A stretch of 25,870 nucleotides of DNA from a candidate division WOR-3 bacterium (GCA_965649115.1 CBFGJN010000022.1:1-25870); one strand, 5' to 3'. Numbered from the stretch's first letter, positions 1-9,193 are shown. Numbers and translations are program-made. The notes: generated from the sequence alone by a model not told the origin.

Positions 1-101
1 CCCCACTGCCGAAATAAGGGTATTTAAAAGCCGAAGGCTTATTTTTAGGGTGGGCGGGAAAATAAAGAAAAATAAATAATTTTGGAATTACTGGACACAG
101 C
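1..101 (+). mobile_element. MITE-like element copy A (right half; left part outside window)
   Basis: Colinear with the right half of intact copy G (19978-20181): hairpin aagccgaaggctt at 28-40, agggtgggcgggaa, and right TIR aattactggacacagc ending at 101. Confidence 0.85.
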
Positions 102-121
102 AAATTGTCTTACTAATTATC

Positions 122-133
122 CTTTAAAATTTT
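122..133 (+). promoter_or_regulatory. CTTTAAAATTTT motif (TAAAAT -10-like), probable leaderless promoter for recN
   Basis: Exact 12-mer 5 nt before ATG 139, no SD; one of ten identical copies positioned at unit starts. Confidence 0.75.
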
Positions 134-138
134 AAATA

Positions 139-1824
139 ATGTTGTTAAGTTTAAGAATTAAAAACTTCTTACTTTTAAAGGAAGCTTATTTAGAATTTAG
201 TAGTGGATTTAATGTTTTAACAGGTGAAACAGGTGCTGGTAAATCTTTACTATTAAAAGCTTTAAGTTTAGCCCTTGGTGATAGAATTGATTGGGAAATT
301 TTTTCTGATCAAAAGTCAATAATTGAACTTGAAATTTTAATTCCCGATGAATATGTTAAAATTTTTGAGAATTATGGTATTGAAATTGAGAATAATATCC
401 TTAATTTGAGAAGAATTATAGAGGGTGATAAAAAGAAAAGCAGGATTTATGCTAATGATAATCTTGTCCTTTCAAAAACTATAAATGAAATTTTAAGAAA
501 CTTAATTGAAATTCATGGACAATATGAAACTTATAAGTTATTTGATGAAAGCTATCAAATGGAAATTATTGATAGATATGCAAAATCAAGGGTTTTTGAG
601 AGTGATTATCAAACAAAAATTATTGATAAATATGCAAATAACGAAGATTTATTAGAAGAATATAGGAATGTATATAAGCGTTGGATTGAAATTAAAAATT
701 CATATTTGGAAATTCAGGAAAAAAAAGAAAGATATAATCAAGAGATTGATTTTTTAAAATATCAATTAGATGAGATTGAAAATGCTAATTTAAGAATTGA
801 AGAGGAGGAAGAACTTCTTAAAAAGCTTGAATACTTAAAAAAAATTGAACAAATTAAAGAGGTTAAGATGCTAATTGAAGATTTAGTTTTTAGTAGCGAA
901 GATAGTGTTCTTTCAAGGTTATCTTTAATTTTAAGAAAAGTTCAAAGCTTAAAAGAAATTGATGAATTTAATGAAATTTCAAACAAAATTGAAAATGTTA
1001 TATATGAAGTTAAAGAATTAAGAGAAATTTTAGGAAACTTTGAGTTTGAGGATTACGAAAATATAAATGCAATTCAGGAAAGGCTCTTTTTTTTAAATAA
1101 ATTAAAGAAGAAATATGGCAAAAGTATTGAAGAATTGATAAATTATAAAGAAGAACTTAAAGAAAAAATCAAAAAAATGGAAAATTTACCTTTTGAAATT
1201 GAAAATCTGACAAAACAACTATACGAAGTTGAAAATTATTTAAATAAATTAGCAGATGAAATTAGTAAAAGAAGAAAAAGTGCAAGCAGAAAATTTAGAA
1301 GTGAAATGATAAAGTATCTTAAGGAACTTGGTATGCCTGATTCAGAATTTGTAATAAATTTTGAAGAAATTCCAATTGGTTATAATGGAAAAGATAGAAT
1401 TGAATTTTTATTTTCTTCAAATAAGGAATTTCCTGTAAAACCTTTAAAAAAGGTTGCATCAGGAGGAGAACTTTCAAGATTAGCACTTGCATTAAAACTT
1501 ATTATAGCAGGTAAGGAAAGTCCTTCAACACTTATATTTGATGAAATTGATACAGGTATTGGTGGGCAAGTTGCTTTAAAGGTTGCTCAAAAACTTAAAG
1601 AGTTATCAAAATTTTATCAAATTATTGTGATTACGCATCTTCCACAAATTGCAAGCTTTGCTCAAAAACACTTCTTAATAACGAAAAAGGATAGCATAAC
1701 GGACATAAAAGAAATAAAAGATAATGAAAGAATTATTGAAATTGCAAGAATGTTGTCAGGTATAGTTTCAGAAGAAAGTTTAGAGCATGCTAAAACTCTA
1801 CTTTTTAATTCTGATGCTTTATAA
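139..1824 (+). CDS. recN: DNA repair protein RecN
   Basis: Walker A TGETGAGKS, IHGQ, long coiled coil, ASGGELSR signature, LIFDEID Walker B, ITHLPQ, EIARMLSG; 561 aa. Confidence 0.96.
   Translation: MLLSLRIKNFLLLKEAYLEFSSGFNVLTGETGAGKSLLLKALSLALGDRIDWEIFSDQKSIIELEILIPDEYVKIFENYGIEIENNILNLRRIIEGDKKKSRIYANDNLVLSKTINEILRNLIEIHGQYETYKLFDESYQMEIIDRYAKSRVFESDYQTKIIDKYANNEDLLEEYRNVYKRWIEIKNSYLEIQEKKERYNQEIDFLKYQLDEIENANLRIEEEEELLKKLEYLKKIEQIKEVKMLIEDLVFSSEDSVLSRLSLILRKVQSLKEIDEFNEISNKIENVIYEVKELREILGNFEFEDYENINAIQERLFFLNKLKKKYGKSIEELINYKEELKEKIKKMENLPFEIENLTKQLYEVENYLNKLADEISKRRKSASRKFRSEMIKYLKELGMPDSEFVINFEEIPIGYNGKDRIEFLFSSNKEFPVKPLKKVASGGELSRLALALKLIIAGKESPSTLIFDEIDTGIGGQVALKVAQKLKELSKFYQIIVITHLPQIASFAQKHFLITKKDSITDIKEIKDNERIIEIARMLSGIVSEESLEHAKTLLFNSDAL
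535..642 (+). repeat. In-frame 54-bp tandem duplication within recN
   Basis: 535-588 KLFDESYQMEIIDRYAKS vs 589-642 RVFESDYQTKIIDKYANN; DNA tatcaaa..aaattattgata.atatgcaaa repeats at 553 and 607. Confidence 0.85.
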
Positions 1825-1826
1825 TT

Positions 1827-3056
1827 TTGGCACTAATTATGATTAGAATAAGTGAAGGTAAGGTTTTACCAGGTAGCTGTAAGACATTTTCGGTTGGTTT
1901 TTCATCTAGTGATAAACCATTTATAGCAGGTGTAGAAGCGGGAAAAGATGCCCTTGAAGCATTAAGCAAAAAAAATCCATCATTTGCAATATCAATTATT
2001 ACAAAAAATTATGAATATAAAAAAGTTATTGAAGGAATAAAACAAGTTCTTCCTAATATAACTACTATTTCTTTGTTTTGTGATGATATTACAACATATG
2101 AAGGTTGGTCTGAAAAGGGTGTTGCAGTTGGATTATTTAGTGATGAATTTAAAATTGATTATTACTTAGCAAAGGGTTTTTCTTTAAGTTCAAAAAAGGC
2201 TCTTAAAGATGCATTTTCTGAAATTTTAAATAGTCCAAAAACTTATAAGAATGATTTGCTATTATTTATTATTCCAGGCTCAATACCCTTAGCAGGACAA
2301 AATTCAATTATTACAATAGAAGAAATAAAAGATCATTTTGATTGTATAGTTGGAGGTGTTGTTGGAAAATTGAATAGTGTGGAATATCAGACATTTATCG
2401 TAGATGATAAAGCATGGACTGACCACGCAATTATAATTAGAATTCAAACAAATGAAAATTTTTCAGTATCTCAAAGCTATGGTTTTCATCCTTTAAGACC
2501 ATTTGTTGTGACATCTGTCAAAGGTGATATGATAATAAGTTTAGATGATGGACCTGCTTTTTACTCATTAATTAATGTTTTATCAAAGAAGGGGATTGAT
2601 GATGGACAAATAAGAGATCCTGTTAAGGCTCAAAAACTTTTATCTTCATTTCAATTTGCTATTGCTGATAAGTCAAGACCTGGCTTATTTAGGTCAATTG
2701 TTCCACTTGCAATCACAGAAAGAGGTATAAGAGTTAATTCATTTATAAATGAGAATTCAACATTGTGGCTTATGGAGTTTAGTAAAGAGGAGATATTTGA
2801 AGGAGTTGATAAAATGTCTGGAAGAATTTTAAATAATTTAAAGTCAATTTCAGGGGGTATTATTTTTGAAAATACAATAAGAAAAATTCTTCTTGGAACA
2901 AATGATTATGTAAAGGAGAAAAAAATTATTTGGGATAATTTAAAATCGCCTTTTTTGGTTATTGAAACAATTGAAGAAATCGTATATAGTGAAAACCTTT
3001 ATGGAGGAAGTCATAGTGGTTCAATTTTAGGAATTTTTTATGAAGGAGGTAAATGA
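1827..3056 (+). CDS. FIST (FIST_N + FIST_C) domain sensor protein, divergent; start uncertain
   Basis: GFS..AGVEAGKDAL N-terminus, VGG, GFHPL..FVVTSVKGDMIISLDDGPA resemble FIST domains; TTG start without SD, alternative ATG at 1839. Confidence 0.75.
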   Translation: MALIMIRISEGKVLPGSCKTFSVGFSSSDKPFIAGVEAGKDALEALSKKNPSFAISIITKNYEYKKVIEGIKQVLPNITTISLFCDDITTYEGWSEKGVAVGLFSDEFKIDYYLAKGFSLSSKKALKDAFSEILNSPKTYKNDLLLFIIPGSIPLAGQNSIITIEEIKDHFDCIVGGVVGKLNSVEYQTFIVDDKAWTDHAIIIRIQTNENFSVSQSYGFHPLRPFVVTSVKGDMIISLDDGPAFYSLINVLSKKGIDDGQIRDPVKAQKLLSSFQFAIADKSRPGLFRSIVPLAITERGIRVNSFINENSTLWLMEFSKEEIFEGVDKMSGRILNNLKSISGGIIFENTIRKILLGTNDYVKEKKIIWDNLKSPFLVIETIEEIVYSENLYGGSHSGSILGIFYEGGK

Positions 3057-3514
3057 TGGAAAAGATAGAGGAGCTTTTAAATCAACTTATAAGGAAGGTG
3101 CCCCAAATAAGGGCTGCTGCTGTTGTTAATACTGAGGGAATTGTTATATCATCTGTTCTTGAAGGTGATATAAGTGAAGAGAATTTTGGAGCAATGTCAG
3201 CAGCACTTTTAGGACTTGGTGATAGCGTTTTATCAGAAGTAAAAGGAGGTAAATTATCTGAAATATATGTAAAGGGAATTGATAAGATGATACTTCTTTC
3301 AAAAATATCAAAAGATCATCTATTATCGCTATCAATAAGCTCTGATGCTCCACTTGGACTTTTACTTGTTGAAGTTAGAAAAACTGCTAAACTTATAAGT
3401 TCCGTTTTAGCTGAAATAGAAAAATCTCAACCTACTGTTGATATAAGTGATTTACTTGGAGGTGATACATCTATTATAGAAGGTTTATCATTTAAAGATT
3501 TGTTAGAGGAATGA
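3053..3514 (+). CDS. mglB: Roadblock/LC7 protein, MglB-like GAP
   Basis: IRAAAVVNTEGIVI, AMSAALLGLG, LGLLL roadblock pattern; directly upstream of mglA; SD ggaggt; ATGA overlap. Confidence 0.85.
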   Translation: MMEKIEELLNQLIRKVPQIRAAAVVNTEGIVISSVLEGDISEENFGAMSAALLGLGDSVLSEVKGGKLSEIYVKGIDKMILLSKISKDHLLSLSISSDAPLGLLLVEVRKTAKLISSVLAEIEKSQPTVDISDLLGGDTSIIEGLSFKDLLEE

Positions 3515-3527
3515 GGAGGGAAAAATT

Positions 3528-4118
3528 ATGTTCATAGATACTAAGAAAAAAGAAATCAATGTAAAAATTGTTTATTATGGTCCTGCTCTTTCAGGTAAAA
3601 CTACAAATTTGAAAGTTATTTATGCAAAACTCAATCCTAAGTTTAGAGGTGAGCTTGTGACTGTTGATACAAAAGGTGAAAGAACATTATATTTTGATTT
3701 TCTTCCTGTTGAAATTACACTTGCTGGTGGTTTTAAAGTAAAATTTCATATTTACACTGTTCCTGGTCAAGTATTTTATAGAGCTTCAAGGAAGCTTGTT
3801 TTAAAAGGTGCTGATGGTATTGTTTTTGTTGCAGATTCTTCACCAGAAAGAAGGGAAGCAAATATACAAATTATGCAAGAGCTTTCCGAAACACTTGAAG
3901 AACAAGGAACACCTCTTGGAACAATTCCTATCGTTTTACAATATAACAAGAGAGATGTTCCTAATGCCCTTGATGTTGAAACACTTCAAGCTGACCTAAA
4001 CCATTTAAATGCCCCCTATTTTTTGGCAGTGGCAAGTCAAGAAAAAGGGGTATTTGAAACGCTTGATGCCATTGTTAAACTTGTTATTAAGAAACTAACA
4101 AGTAAAGCACCTGTATGA
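3528..4118 (+). CDS. mglA: MglA-family small GTPase
   Basis: KIVYYGPALSGKTTNL (G1), ERTLYFDF, YTVPGQ (MglA-type G3), NKRD (G4); SD aggagg. Confidence 0.95.
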   Translation: MFIDTKKKEINVKIVYYGPALSGKTTNLKVIYAKLNPKFRGELVTVDTKGERTLYFDFLPVEITLAGGFKVKFHIYTVPGQVFYRASRKLVLKGADGIVFVADSSPERREANIQIMQELSETLEEQGTPLGTIPIVLQYNKRDVPNALDVETLQADLNHLNAPYFLAVASQEKGVFETLDAIVKLVIKKLTSKAPV

Positions 4119-5413
4119 GCGTTACTTCAATTGGAAGCTTAATTGATTTAAGTTCTGACATTTTATTAGAACTTGATAACAACTATAACATTAAAGTTTC
4201 AAATAGGAAATTTAGGGATTATTTTGGAGATATTAATAATTTCTTCTTAATTTTTCCTGAATCTTATAGAGATGCTGTATTAAAGCTTATTGAAAATGTT
4301 AAAAAGACGCTAACACCTTTAAATATAAGAATACCTGTTGTTACGAAGGAAAAGCAAGAAGTTGCTTATCTTAAAGTTTTTCCTATTGAAAGAGGCATTC
4401 TTGTTTCAATAAGACCTCAAAAAGTTTCAAGCATTACTGAAGATATAATAAACACAATTGATTATGGTATTATTTTGGTTTCAAAAGAAGGTTTCTTGAT
4501 TTATTCTAATAGTTATGCTAAAAATTTTGAGGATTATCAAAGTGAAATCATAAAAAACGCATTAAAAAATCAAGATAAAACATTTGAATTAAGTGTTAAA
4601 GATAAAGTTTTTGAAGTTATTCAGAAAGACTTTGAAAGAAAAATTAGTGGTAAAATTATATTATTTAGAGATATTACGCAAATTAAGAGAATGCATGATT
4701 TAATGTCTTTGGTCGATAGGTTAAGTTCAGTAGGATTGATTGCTGCCTCTCTTGCTCATGAAATTAAGAACCCTCTTACAAGTATAAAGGTTCTAGCTCA
4801 AACCTTAGCTAATGATTTAAGTAATGACAAAAGGGAAATTGCTTTAAGAATATCAAGACAGATAGATAGGGTAAATGAATTAATCTCAAAACTTCTTATA
4901 TATACCAAACCTTCAAAATCAAAGCCAATTTACATAAATCCGATTGAAGTTATTGAAGAAGTTGAAGGAATTCTATATGGACAAATTTTAAATAAGAAAA
5001 TTAAATTTTATAAAGAAGTTAATAGAAATATTGAAATTTTTGTAGATCCAAAGGATTTACAACAAATACTTTTAAATTTAATTCTCAATTCAATAGATGC
5101 AGTAGATGAAGGTGGTTATATAAAGGTGGAGGTTGGCTTGTCAGGAATTGTGTCAGATGATTTAGAACCACTTGCTTACATTAAAGTTATTGATAATGGA
5201 ATAGGTATTCCCCCTGATAAATTGAAGGAAATTTTTTATCCATTTTGGACAACGAAGAAAGGTGGAACTGGTCTTGGTTTATTTGTAGTTCATAAACTTG
5301 TAAAAGATAATGGGGGTATGATAGAGGTGGAGAGTGAGTTAAATCGTGGAACGATATTTACTTTGTACTTTAAAGGGAGGATGAAAAATGAGAAGAATAA
5401 TGATAGTAGATGA
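4115..5413 (+). CDS. Cytoplasmic PAS-domain sensor histidine kinase (NtrB-like HisKA/HATPase)
   Basis: H-box AHEIKNPL, N-box LNLILNSIDA, G1 DNGIGI, F-box FYPFWTTK, G2 GTGLGL; no obvious TM helix; two PAS-like segments. Confidence 0.92.
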   Translation: MSVTSIGSLIDLSSDILLELDNNYNIKVSNRKFRDYFGDINNFFLIFPESYRDAVLKLIENVKKTLTPLNIRIPVVTKEKQEVAYLKVFPIERGILVSIRPQKVSSITEDIINTIDYGIILVSKEGFLIYSNSYAKNFEDYQSEIIKNALKNQDKTFELSVKDKVFEVIQKDFERKISGKIILFRDITQIKRMHDLMSLVDRLSSVGLIAASLAHEIKNPLTSIKVLAQTLANDLSNDKREIALRISRQIDRVNELISKLLIYTKPSKSKPIYINPIEVIEEVEGILYGQILNKKIKFYKEVNRNIEIFVDPKDLQQILLNLILNSIDAVDEGGYIKVEVGLSGIVSDDLEPLAYIKVIDNGIGIPPDKLKEIFYPFWTTKKGGTGLGLFVVHKLVKDNGGMIEVESELNRGTIFTLYFKGRMKNEKNNDSR

Positions 5414-6431
5414 TGAAGAAGATATTGTTTTAGGTCTTTCGCGATTTTTAAAGAAGAACGGATATGATGTTATTTATGAAACGAGCCCTAAAAAAGCCTT
5501 AGAATTACTATCTGCTGAACCTAGTGATATACTAATAGCAGATGTTAAGATGGATGAGATGTCAGGATTGGAACTTATAAATGAAGCAAGGAGGAAGAAT
5601 CCAGATATAAAAGTTATTATTATGACTGCAAGAGGTTCAGAGGAAATTGAAAGAATTAGTTATGAAAGAGGTGCTCTTGAATATCTTGAAAAACCATTTG
5701 ATGTTGAGTATCTTTTGGAAGTTCTTAAAAGGATAGAAGCAGGTGGATTTAAGGGTGTTGTTAAAGAACTTGGGCTTATTGATTTTCTTAATATATTACA
5801 TATGGAAAGAGCATTAGCTGTTGTGAATGTTACATCTGCTGTTGGAAGTGGGAGGATATATTTTCAAGATGGTGAGATTGTTCATGCCCAATTTGTTAAT
5901 CTTGAAGGAATTGATGCTTTAAAAGAAATACTTAATTTAAAAGGTGGTTCTTTTAGTGTGGAAAGGAATATAAAACCCCCAAAAATAACTGTTAGAAAAT
6001 CATTTAATAATCTAATGCTTGAATTGTTTGCTAAAACTGATGAAGAAACATCAGAAATTGAAGTTGAAGAATTTAGTATAATTAGCCAGGTTAAAAAAAT
6101 CCCTGATGAAATTTATCAAAAACTTGATAAGGAAATATCTTCATTATTTAGTTTTGATAGTAATTTGAAAAGTTTTGGAGTATACGATACTGATGGTAAT
6201 GTTTTATACCTAAAAGGAGAAGATTTTAGTTCGCTTATTTCGGAAATTTCAAAAATTAAAGGTTTTAGTGAGTGTTCAATTGAGCTAGAAAATAATAAAA
6301 TTATCTACATAAAAAAGGAAGTTGATAACTTCTTTGTTATTGAAATTTCTAATACATCCTTGTCTCTTATAAAGGTTAGATTCTCAAAAACTATAAGTAA
6401 TTTAAAAGAAATTATAAAAGGAGGAAAGTGA
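5388..6431 (+). CDS. Response regulator: REC + DUF4388 (PATAN-like) + possible degenerate roadblock C-terminus
   Basis: IVDDE, ADVKM phosphoacceptor, MTA, EKPF; GFKG..LIDFLNIL..GRIYFQDGEIVHA typical of DUF4388; C-terminal FGVYDTDGNVL. Confidence 0.85.
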   Translation: MRRIMIVDDEEDIVLGLSRFLKKNGYDVIYETSPKKALELLSAEPSDILIADVKMDEMSGLELINEARRKNPDIKVIIMTARGSEEIERISYERGALEYLEKPFDVEYLLEVLKRIEAGGFKGVVKELGLIDFLNILHMERALAVVNVTSAVGSGRIYFQDGEIVHAQFVNLEGIDALKEILNLKGGSFSVERNIKPPKITVRKSFNNLMLELFAKTDEETSEIEVEEFSIISQVKKIPDEIYQKLDKEISSLFSFDSNLKSFGVYDTDGNVLYLKGEDFSSLISEISKIKGFSECSIELENNKIIYIKKEVDNFFVIEISNTSLSLIKVRFSKTISNLKEIIKGGK

Positions 6432-6432
6432 T

Positions 6433-6819
6433 ATGGAAAAGATACAACAAATCTTGAAAAATCTTTCCCAAGAACTTCCTGGTTATGTTGCAGGTGCAAT
6501 TGTAGAAGGTGAAGAAGGACTTACAGTTGTTGAAGAGAGGAAAGTTCCTGATATTGATGTTCAAATAAGTGCTGCTTATAGTGTTGAATCGTTGAAATTC
6601 CAAGAAAGAATTGTTAGTTCTTTGAGTAGTTCTGATAAGCCAAAGTTTATATTATCAATAAGCAATAATTATTTGATAATTACGCAACCTATAAACAATA
6701 GTAATTTCTATTTGCATATTATAACAAATAGGGAAAAAAGCTCGCTTGGAATAATAATTGCTTTACTATCAAGATATGAACAAATTCTAAACAAAGCTAT
6801 TGCTGATTGGGTTTTATGA
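6433..6819 (+). CDS. Roadblock/LC7-like protein
   Basis: LPGYVAGAIVEGEEGLTV...SLGII pattern, 128 aa, SD ggagg upstream. Confidence 0.65.
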   Translation: MEKIQQILKNLSQELPGYVAGAIVEGEEGLTVVEERKVPDIDVQISAAYSVESLKFQERIVSSLSSSDKPKFILSISNNYLIITQPINNSNFYLHIITNREKSSLGIIIALLSRYEQILNKAIADWVL

Positions 6820-7604
6820 GGGGGAGAGCTTATGGAATAACTGACTTGGGTAGAAAAAGACCAAAAAATGAAGATTTTTTTGCAATGGATCCTTCAATTG
6901 GATTATTTGTTGTTGCAGATGGACTTGGTGGAAGAATGTCAGGTGATAAAGCAAGTTATGAAGCAACTCAGACATTTATTGAAAAATTAAAAAATTTAAT
7001 GAGTTATTATGATGACCCAAAATTAATACTTGAATCTGCATTTAAAGAAGCAAGTAAAAGAGCTTATGAGATAAGTAATTCTGATGAGTACTATGGGGCA
7101 ATGACAACATTTACAGCTTTATTTTTGTATAAATCAAAGTTTTATATTGTTCATGTTGGTGATACAAGAGTTTATTTATTAAGGGCAAATAGATTTTTTA
7201 TTCAATTAACGGAAGATGATACACAAGCTCAAATTCTTGTAAAGAAAAAAGCATTATCTCCAAAAGAGGCAGAAGTTCATCCTTCAAAGCATGTCCTTAC
7301 TAAGGCTCTTGGTCATAAGCCACTTATAAGACCGAAATTGTACATAGGAAATGTAATGAATGGTGATAAATTTTTATTATGCTCTGATGGGCTATATATT
7401 TATTTTTCAAATGATGAATTGAAAGAAATAGTAAAAAAATATAAACCAAAAGAAGCTGTTGAAATACTAATAAAATTAGCAAATGATAGAGGTGGTGAAG
7501 ATAATATAACTGCTATCGTAGTTGAGATAATTAAGAGTGATAGTTCAATTTTTGGACAAATAAGGGCATTTTTTGAAGCTGTTTTTAATTCTTCATATAA
7601 ATGA
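6816..7604 (+). CDS. PP2C/Stp1-family Ser/Thr protein phosphatase (start moved from TTG 6807 to ATG 6816)
   Basis: TDLGRKR..NED, ADGLGG, HVGDTRVY, CSDGL, GGEDNIT; ATGA overlap with upstream stop. Confidence 0.93.
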   Translation: MRGRAYGITDLGRKRPKNEDFFAMDPSIGLFVVADGLGGRMSGDKASYEATQTFIEKLKNLMSYYDDPKLILESAFKEASKRAYEISNSDEYYGAMTTFTALFLYKSKFYIVHVGDTRVYLLRANRFFIQLTEDDTQAQILVKKKALSPKEAEVHPSKHVLTKALGHKPLIRPKLYIGNVMNGDKFLLCSDGLYIYFSNDELKEIVKKYKPKEAVEILIKLANDRGGEDNITAIVVEIIKSDSSIFGQIRAFFEAVFNSSYK

Positions 7605-7626
7605 TTTAAAAAATTTTAAGGAAAGT

Positions 7627-7800
7627 GCTTTGTCCAAGAGAGGAGGCAAGGCTCCCTTACCGAATGAAAATACATTAAGTAATTTAAATAATTTATGAAA
7701 ATTTTAGAAATTTTTTGATCTTTCTTTTGGGGGTTTTTGATTAGGGGGCTTCGCCCCCTAACAGAAAGTTGGGATTTATAAGCCGAAGGCTTAAATATTT
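7627..7800 (+). mobile_element. MITE-like copy B, degenerate, right TIR missing
   Basis: Left TIR gctttgtccaa at 7627; hairpins ttagggggcttcgccccctaa 7741-7761 and taagccgaaggctta 7779-7793. Confidence 0.75.
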
Positions 7801-7804
7801 GGAA

Positions 7805-7816
7805 CTTTAAAATTTT
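7805..7816 (+). promoter_or_regulatory. CTTTAAAATTTT leaderless promoter motif
   Basis: Exact 12-mer 6 nt before ATG 7823, no SD. Confidence 0.75.
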
Positions 7817-7822
7817 CACTCT

Positions 7823-9193
7823 ATGAAATGGAATGAAGAAGTTTTTAGAATGTACGATATAAGAGGAATTTCTGAGGTTGATATAGATGAAGAATTTGCT
7901 TATAAGCTTGGACTTGCTTATGGTTTATATGTTGGTGGAAGTGGAAATGTTAGTGTTGGAGGAGATGTTAGATTAACTACTGAAAATTATAAAAGGGCTT
8001 TAATTGATGGATTAAGAGATAGTGGATTGAATGTAATAGATATTGGAGTAATTCCAACACCTCTTATGTACTTTTCATTATTTTGTGTAGATGTTATAGG
8101 GGGAATTCAAGTAACAGCAAGTCATAATCCAAAAGAATATAACGGATTTAAAATTGCTATTGGTAAAGAAACAATTTATGGAGAGCAAATTCAAAAACTA
8201 AAAGAAATTATGAAAAGTCATTTAGTTAAGTCAAAAATGAGAGGAAATTACCAAACATTAAATATAACTCAAATGTATGTAGATTTTATAAAAAAGAAAT
8301 TTCAATTTCAAAAAAATTTTAACATTGTAGTTGATACAGGCAATGGTGTTGTGGGACCAATAATAAAAGATATTTTTGAAGTTTTAAATATAAAATTTAA
8401 AGGACTTTTTATTGAACCTGATGGTTCTTTTCCAAACCACCTTCCCGACCCAACAGTTGTAGATTATATGAAATGGGCAATTGAGGAAGTAAAAAATAAT
8501 AATTATGATGGAGCTTTTGGTTATGATGGAGATGGTGATAGAATTGGTGTTGTTGATGAAAAAGGAAACCTTGTTTTTGGGGATAAAATAACAGCTATAA
8601 TTTCAAGAGGAATTATTAAAAAGTATAAAAATCCTAAAATTATTCTTGATGTTAAGTGTTCAAAAGGTGTTGTTGAATATATTAAAAAGTTAGGAGGTGA
8701 AGTGATTTTATATAAAACTGGACATTCACTTATGAAAGCTAAACTTAAAGAATTAGATAGCCCTCTTGCTGGTGAAATGAGTGGTCATATATTTATTAAG
8801 GACGATTTCTTTGGATATGATGATGCTATTTATAGTTCTCTTAGATTTTTAAAGGAGATTGAAATATCAAACAAAAGCTTTTATGAAAATTTTGAAGAAA
8901 TTCCATTTTATTATTCAACACCAGAAATTAGAGTTGAAGTTGAACCTGAAAGTAAAAAGTTTGAGATTGTAAATGAAATGGTAAAAATTTTTAAGGAAAA
9001 AAATTATAATGTGATAGATATTGATGGAGCAAGAATAGAATTTGATGATGGTTTTATATTAATTAGAGCTTCAAATACTCAACCCGTTTTAGTTTTAAGA
9101 TTTGAGGCAAAAACAAAGGAAAAATTAGATTATTATCAAAACATTTTATATGATGAACTTAAAAAATTTAAAAATTTTGTAAGACTTCCTTGA
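7823..9193 (+). CDS. Phosphomannomutase/phosphoglucomutase (AlgC-like)
   Basis: FRMYDIRG, TASHNP catalytic Ser, DGDGDR metal loop, GEMSGH, RASNTQP. Confidence 0.95.
   Translation: MKWNEEVFRMYDIRGISEVDIDEEFAYKLGLAYGLYVGGSGNVSVGGDVRLTTENYKRALIDGLRDSGLNVIDIGVIPTPLMYFSLFCVDVIGGIQVTASHNPKEYNGFKIAIGKETIYGEQIQKLKEIMKSHLVKSKMRGNYQTLNITQMYVDFIKKKFQFQKNFNIVVDTGNGVVGPIIKDIFEVLNIKFKGLFIEPDGSFPNHLPDPTVVDYMKWAIEEVKNNNYDGAFGYDGDGDRIGVVDEKGNLVFGDKITAIISRGIIKKYKNPKIILDVKCSKGVVEYIKKLGGEVILYKTGHSLMKAKLKELDSPLAGEMSGHIFIKDDFFGYDDAIYSSLRFLKEIEISNKSFYENFEEIPFYYSTPEIRVEVEPESKKFEIVNEMVKIFKEKNYNVIDIDGARIEFDDGFILIRASNTQPVLVLRFEAKTKEKLDYYQNILYDELKKFKNFVRLP

Noticed and set aside
122..133. CTTTAAAA as an archaeal TATA box, implying an archaeal host
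   Set aside because: It lies about 10 nt rather than about 25 nt from starts; tRNA-Tyr has bacterial G1-C72 and a long variable arm; recN and the gene set look bacterial
3144..6603. Short ORFs 3144-3353(-), 3808-3999(+), 6305-6499(-), 6412-6603(-)
   Set aside because: They overlap well-supported genes and have no recognisable motifs
7616..7819. 67-aa minus-strand ORF in the intergenic gap
   Set aside because: It reads through element copy B; no equivalent ORF in the intact copies appears in the ORF track
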